DNA of 64,000 nucleotides from Alphaproteobacteria bacterium (GCA_017535105.1 JAFXUI010000001.1:11207-75206); one strand, 5' to 3'; positions 1 to 9,354 are shown, counted from the stretch's first letter. Made by a program: numbers and translations. Notes: generated from the sequence alone by a model not told the origin.

Positions 1-1132
1 TATAGAGATCGTGGAAATTTGCTGTTTTTTCTTTTACATTCCAAAAATAATCTGGATTTACAGAATCTAAAATCTTGTCGTGAACAATCAAGCGCGGTGT
101 TATTGACCCCGAAAAACTGACCGTTGTGTATATCGCGGTTATACGACCACCCGTCATATCCAAACTTTGGTTCACATCTAAAATCGCGCTTTTACTGCCA
201 CTGTTTATCGACAACCCCGACAAATTCAACGTATTTGTCCACAGGTCCGCAACAGTCACACTTGAAAACTTACCAACATCTGCCAACAACAATGTTCCAG
301 CAATTTCCATCGTTTTTGCGTCTGCTGACAAATTACCAATACACGTTGCGTTTTTCGTGTCCAGCACACTGTCAATCGTTGTACGATTTGCAAACACAAC
401 CTTATCTGCGGCAATACTGATTGATTTTAATATTTCATCAAAACCCGCCGCTGACGCATCAAAATATTTTACATTTGTTATGTCATGACCACCCAAATTT
501 AATGGTCCTAACATTTTTGCATCGTCTGAATTTTCCGATGGTTCGCGCCACAGGTATAACGCATTATCACGACTGACCGATGTTGTGGTAATGATTCCAT
601 CGGGCGCATTAATACCAATATCCATTGTGTCGGTGTGCCACGCACCAAATGTTCCATACGCATGCGTTCCATCAATAAAGCCCATCTTGTCGCCACCAAC
701 AGCCATTATTTGTTGGGTGCGCAATGGACTTATTGTTGAGTCCGTCATAACAACAACACCTTGTAATGTTGCTTGCCCAATTGCGTCCGAAGATTTCAAA
801 ACACGTAATTGGTATTTATCGGCGTTTTCTTCAACAATATTTTGTGGAATACCAAAGTCAACCAAATCTGCGATTTCAACACGCGCAATGTTTTTACCCG
901 CCACGGTCAACAATTCTTCACGATTGGCAACAATATATCTTTCAAGTGCGCCTTCGACATCTTGCATTTCGCGCGCAATCGCAATATTTTCCGCACGCAC
1001 CACAGAGTCCTGTTGATACTTGAACAAGAATGGCAACACAACCGCGACAATTGCCACACACATCAGCAATTCAATCAGCATGCCACCATGCTGTGATTTA
1101 TGATGCGAAAAAATTCTGCTTCTGTTTATCAT
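1..1132 (-). CDS. Large prepilin-type N-terminal domain protein (pilin-like or pseudopilin-like); 5' portion, C-terminus lies beyond the window start
   Basis: Reverse-strand frame is open from position 1 to an ATG at 1132..1130. Hand-translated N-terminus is MINRSRIFSHHKSQHGGMLIELLMCVAIVAVVLPFLF. It has a Gly-Gly then a hydrophobic stretch with Glu at +4/+5, i.e. a class-III (prepilin peptidase) signal. Its ATG overlaps the TGA of the upstream gene (ATGA overlap). It is not in the ORF track because its stop is outside the window. Confidence 0.5.
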   Translation of the reverse strand, partial: MINRSRIFSHHKSQHGGMLIELLMCVAIVAVVLPFLFKYQQDSVVRAENIAIAREMQDVEGALERYIVANREELLTVAGKNIARVEIADLVDFGIPQNIVEENADKYQLRVLKSSDAIGQATLQGVVVMTDSTISPLRTQQIMAVGGDKMGFIDGTHAYGTFGAWHTDTMDIGINAPDGIITTTSVSRDNALYLWREPSENSDDAKMLGPLNLGGHDITNVKYFDASAAGFDEILKSISIAADKVVFANRTTIDSVLDTKNATCIGNLSADAKTMEIAGTLLLADVGKFSSVTVADLWTNTLNLSGLSINSGSKSAILDVNQSLDMTGGRITAIYTTVSFSGSITPRLIVHDKILDSVNPDYFWNVKEKTANFHDLY

Positions 1133-2349
1133 TGTCCGCTTGTGTACCCCGTTGGAATATATTCTTGCCACCCGTCTGACATAATTGCGCCAAACTCTTC
1201 GGTCTTTGGTACGGTTGGCATTTTAGTACGCGTAATATTCAATTCTGTAAAACTTGGTGGGTTGGTTGATGGAAAATACCACGACCCCAATTTTATCGGC
1301 GAAGTTGTAGACATCATAAGTTCGCCCGAAACCGTCAACCCAAAGTTTTCAAAAAACATTATTTCGTCTGTATTCAAGTATGACGTATATACCGAACCAG
1401 CACTTATTCCCGCAAAACCACTTATTGTTTTGGAACTGCTGGATTTCAGATTTAAATTTTGTGCAACGTTTAACGAATTTGTGACAGTTGCTTTATCGGC
1501 AATGATGCGACCCGATGTCGAATAACCACGATTATTTAACTTGGCCGCGTAAATATTTCTGAACCCGATAACATCTTCGGTTACACGTAAAGAGCCAATC
1601 GAAACATTGTTACCCGTCATATTCGCACCATTGGAAAAATACACCGATTGCGCTGTCAAATCTTCGGATTCAACAAAGGTCGATGTAACATCACGCACAC
1701 GCAGTGCCGATGCAAACACACCACCAATATCGTACATGTTGTATCCGCCCATATTCAAATCACGATGCATAACATTCAAATCATCATCGCCCGATGTACC
1801 ACGATGTAAAAACTTTGTGTTATCTTCGTTTGTCACATTACGCGTAATACGATATATCAAATCACCCGCTGAAAAATCTGGGGCAACAACCGCCCACGTA
1901 CGACCATAGGCAACACCGTCCATACCAACAATTGCCGCGTCATCACCAATATGATGTGCAATATTCGCCGCACGCAAATTTGTTGAACCCATATCAAATG
2001 CTAAATATACATCTGTGACCGAAGTACCATTCACAACGTATTTATCAATAAAGCCCGCATTTGCACCACTGGCCAACATTTCCAAATCTTTTTCACTCAT
2101 TCTTATTTGTACGACATCGGGCCAAGTGTCTTGATTTAAACGGATAAAATTTAATATCTCTGGTCGCAAATCAATTATGTTATGCGCAATTGCCATATCG
2201 CGAATATTGTTGTTTGTTTCGGAAATTTGTGAATACACGAACGGCATGGCAATTGCAACAATTGCCATCGACATCAGCACTTCTAACATGCTGGCGCCAC
2301 GATTTTTACTGTCAAAAATCTTCGTTTTAAACACAGCCACCCTTACCAC
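1129..2349 (-). CDS. Large prepilin-type N-terminal domain protein (406 aa), Asn/Gly/Ser/Thr-rich and adhesin-like
   Basis: N-terminus is ...NRGASMLEVLMSMAIVAIAMPFVY, with G(-1) and Glu at +5 in a hydrophobic helix. The rest is rich in N, G, S and T. It overlaps both flanking pilin-like genes. Confidence 0.5.
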   Translation of the reverse strand: MVRVAVFKTKIFDSKNRGASMLEVLMSMAIVAIAMPFVYSQISETNNNIRDMAIAHNIIDLRPEILNFIRLNQDTWPDVVQIRMSEKDLEMLASGANAGFIDKYVVNGTSVTDVYLAFDMGSTNLRAANIAHHIGDDAAIVGMDGVAYGRTWAVVAPDFSAGDLIYRITRNVTNEDNTKFLHRGTSGDDDLNVMHRDLNMGGYNMYDIGGVFASALRVRDVTSTFVESEDLTAQSVYFSNGANMTGNNVSIGSLRVTEDVIGFRNIYAAKLNNRGYSTSGRIIADKATVTNSLNVAQNLNLKSSSSKTISGFAGISAGSVYTSYLNTDEIMFFENFGLTVSGELMMSTTSPIKLGSWYFPSTNPPSFTELNITRTKMPTVPKTEEFGAIMSDGWQEYIPTGYTSGQ

Positions 2350-3685
2350 TTAACAAACATTGTTTGATATCTATTCTTTTTTCCAACCTTTGCCAATATA
2401 CAAATTGGCATATTATGTATTGCGACAAAGATTGAGAATTATAAACACCGTCCAGTGATGTGATTATCGATTTACAATCAACCGTTGTACTGTCGTTCGC
2501 AGATGGATTCTTTAATATTCTAAATGCGGAATTATCAATTGTGCCAATACGCACGTCTGGTAAAATCGATGTTCCAGCGGGCCGTATATCCAACACCGCC
2601 ACACCACTGCCACCACGCGACAATGATTCAGACGTCTGGTCACGCAGCGTTATATTTGACGCGTGAATAATATCCGTATCAATACCACTGTTACTGCTGT
2701 ATTCCAGTGTGTCGGAATTAATATACACGTCTTGCCCACGCGCAACGTTTAAAAAAGAATCAACTTCTAACCGTTCTGTTGCAAAGTTTATTTTACTGGA
2801 CACCAGGTTGCCATGAATATTCCATTTTGCCGGTCCATAAAAACCCGTACGTCCCTCCGCCATTGAAAAATCATAAACACCCGCAGAATCAAGTGTTATG
2901 TTTCCTGTATCCCCATAACGAGAAACCGTCCGAAACGATGCGTTATCCACAATCATTGTTCCACGAACCAGTGACAATGCGCCCTCACCCGTTTTAGATT
3001 GAAAGATTGTTTTATCGGCGGCCATTGTCACAATTTTATTACGAACCTTGCGATCTGTTTCCAAACCGTTTATGTTTAACACCCCTATTTCTGAACCATC
3101 AAAATTACCACGCCGTGCAACCGCACGACCAACGTCTGAAATTGAATTGTCGTCCATATCCAAATCAACCAAGAAAGCACTGGAATCTATATCGGGTTCA
3201 TTTCTGCGCACAACATCAGAATACAACGTTTCCAACGGCACACCAACCTGGATTGAACCGTCACCCATATCTTTGGCATAAAAACCAATTCGGCGCACCA
3301 ATTCGGTACGCGACATAGTATTCAAATCACCACCCGTTAATTCAACATATGCGGATATTTCAACCGGGGTTTTATTTATTACCAAAATCATCTGTTGCCC
3401 CAGTGCTGTCTTCGGAACAAACCCCAGTGGCAAACCATAGGGTTCCAACATATCGGCAAAAGATTTTCCGGCAATCACAGTACGGTCATACGGCAACGCA
3501 GAAGCATTTTCCCGAATAAAAATTCGTGCCGCAGTTGTTGCATTATCTATTTTTTGCGTTGTCGCATACATGTGCGCATTGTTGTCGCGTTCCAGCAATT
3601 TTACGGCAAAAAACGGGATAAACATGAACAGCAGCGTCACCGCCAGCAATGCTTGCAGCAGAAAGTTTCCACGACTGTTATGCAA
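2327..3685 (-). CDS. Large exported or membrane-anchored protein (452 aa) with a degenerate pilin-like N-terminus; first gene of the three-gene minus-strand cluster
   Basis: N-terminus is MHNSRGNFLLQALLAVTLLFMFIPFF, a Gly then a hydrophobic helix with Gln instead of Glu at +5. It overlaps the downstream gene by 23 nt. I recognise no known domain. Confidence 0.35.
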   Translation of the reverse strand: MHNSRGNFLLQALLAVTLLFMFIPFFAVKLLERDNNAHMYATTQKIDNATTAARIFIRENASALPYDRTVIAGKSFADMLEPYGLPLGFVPKTALGQQMILVINKTPVEISAYVELTGGDLNTMSRTELVRRIGFYAKDMGDGSIQVGVPLETLYSDVVRRNEPDIDSSAFLVDLDMDDNSISDVGRAVARRGNFDGSEIGVLNINGLETDRKVRNKIVTMAADKTIFQSKTGEGALSLVRGTMIVDNASFRTVSRYGDTGNITLDSAGVYDFSMAEGRTGFYGPAKWNIHGNLVSSKINFATERLEVDSFLNVARGQDVYINSDTLEYSSNSGIDTDIIHASNITLRDQTSESLSRGGSGVAVLDIRPAGTSILPDVRIGTIDNSAFRILKNPSANDSTTVDCKSIITSLDGVYNSQSLSQYIICQFVYWQRLEKRIDIKQCLLSGKGGCV

Positions 3686-3841
3686 AATTTTATCCCTCCT
3701 ACATACATAAGATTAGCAATACAAAAAAAATATTGCAATTAGTTTTAAGATGCTTTATTATTGCGAATGTTGAAAGAACGTGGGTACGATAAACGTATAT
3801 TGTTGCCCATAAAAAATGTTTTCCTGATAAAAGAAAAAAAC

Positions 3842-4141
3842 ATGCAAAATAAAAAAAATCAAACGTCTAATGTCGGACAAATGATTCAACGCTGTCACAA
3901 ATGGCGTCAGAAAAGAAAACAATACATTGATTTGGCACGTCAAACGACTGATGAAATCGAACGCGAACGCTTGTTACAAGCGGCGGAACATTATGGTCGT
4001 ATTGTAAATGCCGAACAAGAAAAAATCGATTCTACGCGTGGGGCAACGGGCGAAAAAATACCAGATACAATTACCGATGTCGCTGAATCTGGGGACGAAG
4101 AAGAAATCCCATTACCCGACTTTATTGAAAACTTGAAATAA
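3842..4141 (+). CDS. DUF4167 family protein (conserved small alphaproteobacterial protein)
   Basis: The segment RQKRKQYIDLARQTTDEIERERLLQAAEHYGRIV matches the DUF4167 signature (...YLQLARDA...AENYLQHAEHYFRI). The start is ambiguous: the ORF track uses TTG at 3761, and ATGs occur at 3767 and 3842. Confidence 0.5.
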   Translation: MQNKKNQTSNVGQMIQRCHKWRQKRKQYIDLARQTTDEIERERLLQAAEHYGRIVNAEQEKIDSTRGATGEKIPDTITDVAESGDEEEIPLPDFIENLK

Positions 4142-4176
4142 TTGTTATTTCGGCGCACTTTTATTGTTGAAATTTG

Positions 4177-4210
4177 ACTTCCTTTTGCTATTCTGGACGC
4201 AAAAGGAAGT
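4177..4210 (+). promoter_or_regulatory. Perfect 12 bp hairpin followed by a T-tract that contains the dnaX Shine-Dalgarno; terminator of the upstream gene and/or a structure occluding the ribosome-binding site
   Basis: acttccttttgc (4177-4188), loop tattctggac, gcaaaaggaagt (4199-4210), then tttgat and ATG at 4217. The AAGGAAG Shine-Dalgarno lies in the 3' arm. Confidence 0.4.
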
Positions 4211-4216
4211 TTTGAT

Positions 4217-5740
4217 ATGGATAGTAACTACACCGTTTTAGCCCGTAAATACCGCAGTCAAGATTTTGCATCGCTTATTGGCCAAGATGTTTTGGTAAAA
4301 ACATTGACCACGGCGATAAACACTGGACGTATTGCACACGCATATATTTTCACCGGAATTCGTGGAACTGGTAAAACCAGTACGGCACGTATCTTGGCCA
4401 AGGCATTGAACTGTTTATCGTCAAACGGACCAACCGCAACACCGTGCGGGGTTTGTGAAAACTGCCGGGCAATTGCGGCGGGGCAACACATTGACGTAAT
4501 GGAAATTGACGCGGCGTCACATACCGGCGTTGATAATATGCGCGAAATATTGGACGCGGTCCAATACCGTCCGACAAATGGTCGTTATAAAATCTATATC
4601 ATTGACGAAGTCCACATGTTATCAATCAGTGCTTTTAACGCACTGCTTAAAACACTGGAAGAACCCCCTGCACACGTTGTGTTTATTTTGGCAACAACCG
4701 ATATACGCAAGGTACCAGTTACAATTTTATCACGTTGCCAGCGTTTTGATTTGGTGCGTGTACCAGTTGAAACATTGAAAAAACATTTCGCCAACATTGC
4801 TGAAAATGAAAAGATTGAATTGACCGATGCCGCAAATGAATTATTGGCACGTGCCGCCGATGGTTCGGTCCGTGACGGTTTGTCGTTACTTGACCAGGCA
4901 ATTGCCCAAACAGGTGGACACGTTGATGAAACAGCGGTCTTAAACATGCTTAAACGTGCCGATCGTAGTGTTGTTATGTCGGTTATGGAAACAATACTTT
5001 CGGGCGACACTGCAACCGCATTGGAACGCATTGATGAAATCTATAATAACGGCGCTGATTTATCTATGTTGCTTACCGATATGATGGAATGGACACATTG
5101 GGCAACACGTATGCACCCGGCACTTCACGCGGGCGATTGTGCATCGGCACCATATACACCGGACCAGCGCGCAAAAATTCGTGATATAAATTCACACACG
5201 TCATTAAACACCCTGTCCAGATTATGGCAGGTTATGGTTGCATCGGTCTCAGAGATGCAAGCCGCGGGCAATCAAAAACAATGTTTTGATATGTTGGTTG
5301 TGCGTATGATGCATATTGCGGAAATGCCATCTGTTGCTGAAATATTGAAAAAGCAACCAAGTGCGTCAGCTGCGCAACCAAAGGCACCAGCGACACCAGC
5401 CAAACCGAAAATCACATCGGCGACCGAATTGGCAAGTGCGCTTCAGGCTGATAAAGAAATTTTGATGTATTCGTATTATACTTCGAATATTGAGGTTTCT
5501 GAATTCACTGATGGTCACATTGTATATTTTGACCGTGGTAACGATGATGACTTTGCACAGAAATTAACCGCATGGTTGAACAAAAAGACAGACAAGATTT
5601 GGTCACTGGAACGTGTAACAAAATCTGAACACGCGCAAACCGTCACCGAACAGCGACATGATGAAATTGTATCGGACCCAATGGTCGCAGACGCAATGAG
5701 TTTGTTTGAAGATGCCGAAATTATCGATTCAACAAAATGA
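4217..5740 (+). CDS. dnaX: DNA polymerase III subunit gamma/tau
   Basis: The N-terminus YRSQDFASLIGQDV...HAYIFTGIRGTGKTSTARILAKALNC carries the Walker A motif, followed by a Cys zinc module and the DEVHML sensor motif. Confidence 0.95.
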   Translation: MDSNYTVLARKYRSQDFASLIGQDVLVKTLTTAINTGRIAHAYIFTGIRGTGKTSTARILAKALNCLSSNGPTATPCGVCENCRAIAAGQHIDVMEIDAASHTGVDNMREILDAVQYRPTNGRYKIYIIDEVHMLSISAFNALLKTLEEPPAHVVFILATTDIRKVPVTILSRCQRFDLVRVPVETLKKHFANIAENEKIELTDAANELLARAADGSVRDGLSLLDQAIAQTGGHVDETAVLNMLKRADRSVVMSVMETILSGDTATALERIDEIYNNGADLSMLLTDMMEWTHWATRMHPALHAGDCASAPYTPDQRAKIRDINSHTSLNTLSRLWQVMVASVSEMQAAGNQKQCFDMLVVRMMHIAEMPSVAEILKKQPSASAAQPKAPATPAKPKITSATELASALQADKEILMYSYYTSNIEVSEFTDGHIVYFDRGNDDDFAQKLTAWLNKKTDKIWSLERVTKSEHAQTVTEQRHDEIVSDPMVADAMSLFEDAEIIDSTK

Positions 5741-5752
5741 TGGGGGGATATT

Positions 5753-6211
5753 ATGAGACAAGAACACGGACGTTCACTGATTGAAATTATCGGGGTGTTG
5801 GCCATTGGTGCGGTTATGTCGGTCGCAACAATCGCGATGTACGGCCAGATTCGCACGACCCAAATTCGTACAGTTGCAACAGCGGAACTGGAACAGATTG
5901 TCAAAGACGTGAAATTACTTACTGGTGCACGTGGCACGTATGAGGGTGTTTCGGTTGAATACTTGGTCAAGGCGGGCGCATTAAAATCAACACGTTCACC
6001 ATTGGGTGGCGAAGACTGGTCTGTCAACCCCAGTTTTGATGGTGCATCTTTCTCAATCAACTTAACCGAACTTTCTGCCGATGAATGTGCTTACTTTTCA
6101 ACCAAGCAACCAACATGGGCGAATGCTATTTTAATAAACGGTTATGAGATTGACGAAAGCCAGCACTGTTTTTCAACAAACACCAATCAGATTTCTTTCA
6201 TAGTGGAATAA
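5753..6211 (+). CDS. Type IV pilin-like protein (152 aa) with an atypical +1 residue
   Basis: MRQEHG|RSLIEIIGVLAIGAVMSVATIAMYGQ matches the type IV pilin N-terminal helix consensus (xTLIELMIVVAIIGILAAIAIPQY), but has Arg at +1 instead of Phe or Met. There is Glu at +5 and a C-terminal Cys pair (ADEC...QHCF) like a D-region disulfide. Confidence 0.55.
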   Translation: MRQEHGRSLIEIIGVLAIGAVMSVATIAMYGQIRTTQIRTVATAELEQIVKDVKLLTGARGTYEGVSVEYLVKAGALKSTRSPLGGEDWSVNPSFDGASFSINLTELSADECAYFSTKQPTWANAILINGYEIDESQHCFSTNTNQISFIVE

Positions 6212-6212
6212 A

Positions 6213-6887
6213 TTGAAAATAAAAAATTTATTTTTGATATCTGTTTTACTTGTTGCGGGTTGCGTAACGTATCACAGTCCCGACCGTGACACGTGGGGAA
6301 CGTACCTGCGCGGTGCAAGTTTTGACAGTATGACCGAAACATCACGCACCGCAAAACGTCCGGTGTTTTTGGGTGCGGGCGGAAAAACCATCTCACAAAT
6401 TAAACACAGCGAAAAATACGAATATGGGGACAAGGCAACAAATGATACCGCGCTGGCGGTTGCCTATATGGCCGATTTAGAATTCGCACTGTATGATGCA
6501 TTACGCAAACCCGGCATATCGGTCCAGCGTGCCGGCACCGACGTCGTTGTAATTTTGGTGCGTGATGCGATAATGGAATTGGACGTTGCCGACATTTCCC
6601 GTGACGGCGCCGATACATTAAAAACCATTTCCAAGATATTAAATAAATACGATGCAACATTTATCGAAATTGCTGGATATACCGATGCAACACGTGACAC
6701 ACGTGCCGCCAATGCACTTTCCAGCGATATGGCATCACGTACCGCGGTATTTTTGGCACAACACGACATTATACCACAACGAATGTTCATTGTTGGCCGT
6801 GGTTCATCGCGCCCCATTGCCGCCCAGGACGATGTGGGACGCTTAACAAACCGGCGGGTTGAAATACGCATTTCGCCAGCGCGATAA
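6213..6887 (+). CDS. OmpA/MotB-family peptidoglycan-binding lipoprotein
   Basis: It has a lipoprotein signal (LLVAGC) and a C-terminal OmpA-like domain (IEIAGYTD...NRRVEIRI). It uses a TTG start and lies immediately downstream of the pilin-like gene. Confidence 0.7.
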   Translation: MKIKNLFLISVLLVAGCVTYHSPDRDTWGTYLRGASFDSMTETSRTAKRPVFLGAGGKTISQIKHSEKYEYGDKATNDTALAVAYMADLEFALYDALRKPGISVQRAGTDVVVILVRDAIMELDVADISRDGADTLKTISKILNKYDATFIEIAGYTDATRDTRAANALSSDMASRTAVFLAQHDIIPQRMFIVGRGSSRPIAAQDDVGRLTNRRVEIRISPAR

Positions 6888-6972
6888 AGGGGCAAAAACG
6901 GAATAACTTTCTCTTTTATTTTTGTTTTTTTATTGCTATACTGGCGACAACCAATAAACAAAGGAAGAAAAA

Positions 6973-7635
6973 ATGGTACAAAACAAAACTAAACAAGCAA
7001 AAACAAACTATGCAAAAATTGGTATCGTTGCGGCAATTGTCGTTGCGGTCGCGATTCTTGGTGTTGTCATTGTCAACGCGGTAAGTCATCACGGTGGTGT
7101 ATCCGTTGATCGTGCGGTTGAATCAATATCGTCCGATGCTGCAACTGGTGCAGATTTGCGTATCGCATTGGTTCGTATGGACGCAATTCAATCCGAAGCC
7201 AACGCATTACAAGATTTGCGTAAACAACGTGAATCGTATGAAAGCAAACTGCGTGATGAATTGACCGCCGAACAAAAGAAACTGGAAAAAGAAAAAGCAG
7301 AAATTGAAAAATCCCAAGACGTGTTGTCCCAGGACGCTTTGCAACGCCGTGTTGCCGACTATCAAAGACGCGTTACAAAATTGCAACGTGATTTGACAGA
7401 ACGTGCACAAAGCATTGAAACTTCTTATCAAAAGGCTTTACAAGATATCCAAGCAAAACATTTGGATCCGGTTATCGAAGGCATCATCGCGAAAAAGAAC
7501 TTGTCATTGGTAATTGACGGCCGTTTTGCACGTATGGGCGCAAATGCACAAAACTTGGACATCACAGATGACGTTGTTTCTGCGTTGAACAAGAAAGTGT
7601 CCAAGGTTAAAATGGAAAAACCAAAAGGTTTCTAA
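6973..7635 (+). CDS. skp: Periplasmic chaperone Skp (OmpH family)
   Basis: It has a signal or anchor helix and a coiled-coil OmpH-like body, and sits directly upstream of lpxD-fabZ, the conserved position. Confidence 0.8.
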   Translation: MVQNKTKQAKTNYAKIGIVAAIVVAVAILGVVIVNAVSHHGGVSVDRAVESISSDAATGADLRIALVRMDAIQSEANALQDLRKQRESYESKLRDELTAEQKKLEKEKAEIEKSQDVLSQDALQRRVADYQRRVTKLQRDLTERAQSIETSYQKALQDIQAKHLDPVIEGIIAKKNLSLVIDGRFARMGANAQNLDITDDVVSALNKKVSKVKMEKPKGF

Positions 7636-7736
7636 TCCTAAAACCTATAAACAACTTGAAAACGTCGCGATTGCGGCGTTTATCATTTGTGTAATATTTT
7701 CTTTTATTTTGATATTTCATCGTCTATAATTCCAGC

Positions 7737-8795
7737 ATGTTAAATATAATTAAATTTTTTATGGCACCCAAGGGGGCCAAGAAAACAGCCGGCCAATTGG
7801 CCGAGTTGTTTGGTTTGGAATTACGTGGCGATGCGAACGCAACCGTCAATGGTGTTGCGCCAATCGCAGATGCAAAACCGGGACAACTTGCGTTCTATTC
7901 CACTGAACAAAACAGTGCCGCGTTCAAGATATTACCACTATCGGTTTTGGAAAATACGCGCGCAACGGTGATTTTGGTTCAGCCGGAAATGGCGAAACAC
8001 GCTCCAAAGGGGGCGACACTGCTTATCACCGACACGCCACGCGGAAACATTGTAAAAATTTTGGGTGAAATATACCGTGAAAAACCACGCTTTGGCATCA
8101 GCAGTGATTCCCACGTTGAACGCGGTGTATTTTTCCGCAAAAAAAGCACCGTCTATGTTGGACACTTTGCGACAATTGAACGTGGCGCGGTTATTGAACC
8201 AGACGTCAAGATTTACCCAGGCGCATTTATCGGCCGCAACGTTACAATTGGACGCGGAACAATCGTCCAGACGGGCGCACATATTGAAAACGCAACAATT
8301 GGTGCCGATTGTGTAATTCACGCCGGCGCGGTTATTGGCAAGGACGGTTTTGGCTATACCCGCCAAGATGGTCATAACGTGTTTATTCCACACGTTGGTC
8401 GTGTTGTTTTGGGCGACCGCGTTTCTGTGGGCGCAAACACTTGTATCGACCGCGGTGTTATGACCGACACACGTGTTGGTGATGGAACAAAGATTGATAA
8501 CCTGTGCCAGATTGCACACGGTGTTGTAATCGGGTCCGAATGCTTCTTGGCATCGGGCGTGGGTCTGGCCGGCGGTACGGTAATTGGCGACCGCGCATTA
8601 TTGGGTGGCCACGTTGGCGTTGCAAATGGAATTCATATCGGTAATGATGCCGAAGTTGGCGCACAATCGGGCGTATTTCGTAATATCCCCGATGGCGATC
8701 GTCAAATGGGCTTTCCAGCGGTACCGGGGCTTGAATTCTGGCGTCAATATGCGTGGCTTAAAAACAATTCTAAAAAACCAGCAGGCAAAAAATGA
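7737..8795 (+). CDS. lpxD: UDP-3-O-acylglucosamine N-acyltransferase
   Basis: It has left-handed beta-helix hexapeptide repeats (GAFIGRNVTIGRGTIVQTGAHIENATIGADCVIHAGAVIG) and lies in the skp-lpxD-fabZ context. An alternative start is at 7761. Confidence 0.9.
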   Translation: MLNIIKFFMAPKGAKKTAGQLAELFGLELRGDANATVNGVAPIADAKPGQLAFYSTEQNSAAFKILPLSVLENTRATVILVQPEMAKHAPKGATLLITDTPRGNIVKILGEIYREKPRFGISSDSHVERGVFFRKKSTVYVGHFATIERGAVIEPDVKIYPGAFIGRNVTIGRGTIVQTGAHIENATIGADCVIHAGAVIGKDGFGYTRQDGHNVFIPHVGRVVLGDRVSVGANTCIDRGVMTDTRVGDGTKIDNLCQIAHGVVIGSECFLASGVGLAGGTVIGDRALLGGHVGVANGIHIGNDAEVGAQSGVFRNIPDGDRQMGFPAVPGLEFWRQYAWLKNNSKKPAGKK

Positions 8796-9229
8796 TTGGC
8801 GCAAAAGAAATAGAAGCGGTTATCCCACATCGTGGCAACATGCGTCTTATTGACGAAATACGCGAGTTTTCAGAAACCAGCGCAGTTGGCATAAAATACG
8901 TCCGCGATGACGAATTTTGGTGTGCGGGTCATTTCCCAGACAAACCGATTATGCCCGGCGTGCTTCAGGTCGAAGCCTTGGCGCAAACCGCATGCTTTAT
9001 CGCATTAAAGTCCGCACATATGGATAACGGCAAAACACTTGGCTATTTCACGACAATGGACCACATAAAGTTTTCGCATATGGTCGTACCGGGCGATGTG
9101 TTGGAATTACACGTCGAACTGATTACGTCAAAAATGCGTCTTTACAAATTTCACGGCACCGCCATTGTTGACGGCAAGAAAGTTGCCGAGGCCACATTCA
9201 GCGCGGTAATGGATTCAATTACCAAATAA
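8792..9229 (+). CDS. fabZ: 3-hydroxyacyl-ACP dehydratase
   Basis: It has the HFPDKPIMPGVLQVEALAQ hot-dog motif and a 4 nt ATGA overlap with lpxD. Confidence 0.92.
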   Translation: MIGAKEIEAVIPHRGNMRLIDEIREFSETSAVGIKYVRDDEFWCAGHFPDKPIMPGVLQVEALAQTACFIALKSAHMDNGKTLGYFTTMDHIKFSHMVVPGDVLELHVELITSKMRLYKFHGTAIVDGKKVAEATFSAVMDSITK

Positions 9230-9277
9230 AAAACTGGACAGCTTAAAAAAAATGCTTTAAGATTTGCGCACTGATAC

Positions 9278-9354
9278 GGATGTTTAGCTCAGTTGGCTAG
9301 AGCATCTGCTTTACACGCAGAGGGTCAGGGGTTCGAGTCCCTTAACATCCACCA
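9278..9354 (+). tRNA. tRNA-Val (anticodon UAC)
   Basis: The cloverleaf was read by hand: acceptor GGATGTT/AACATCC, anticodon stem TCTGC/GCAGA with loop TTTACAC, T-loop TTCGAGT, and an encoded CCA. Confidence 0.88.

Noticed and set aside
4141-4216. SRP (4.5S) RNA gene, which often lies immediately upstream of dnaX
   Set aside because: The conserved domain IV motif (GGAAGGAAGCAGC with flanking CAGG) is absent from this spacer and from the rest of the window. Only the terminator hairpin is present.
5515-6060. 181 aa minus-strand ORF overlapping the dnaX 3' end and the pilin-like gene
   Set aside because: It is antisense to the dnaX C-terminus and has no support. The pilin-like plus-strand ORF has a strong Shine-Dalgarno and a recognisable motif.
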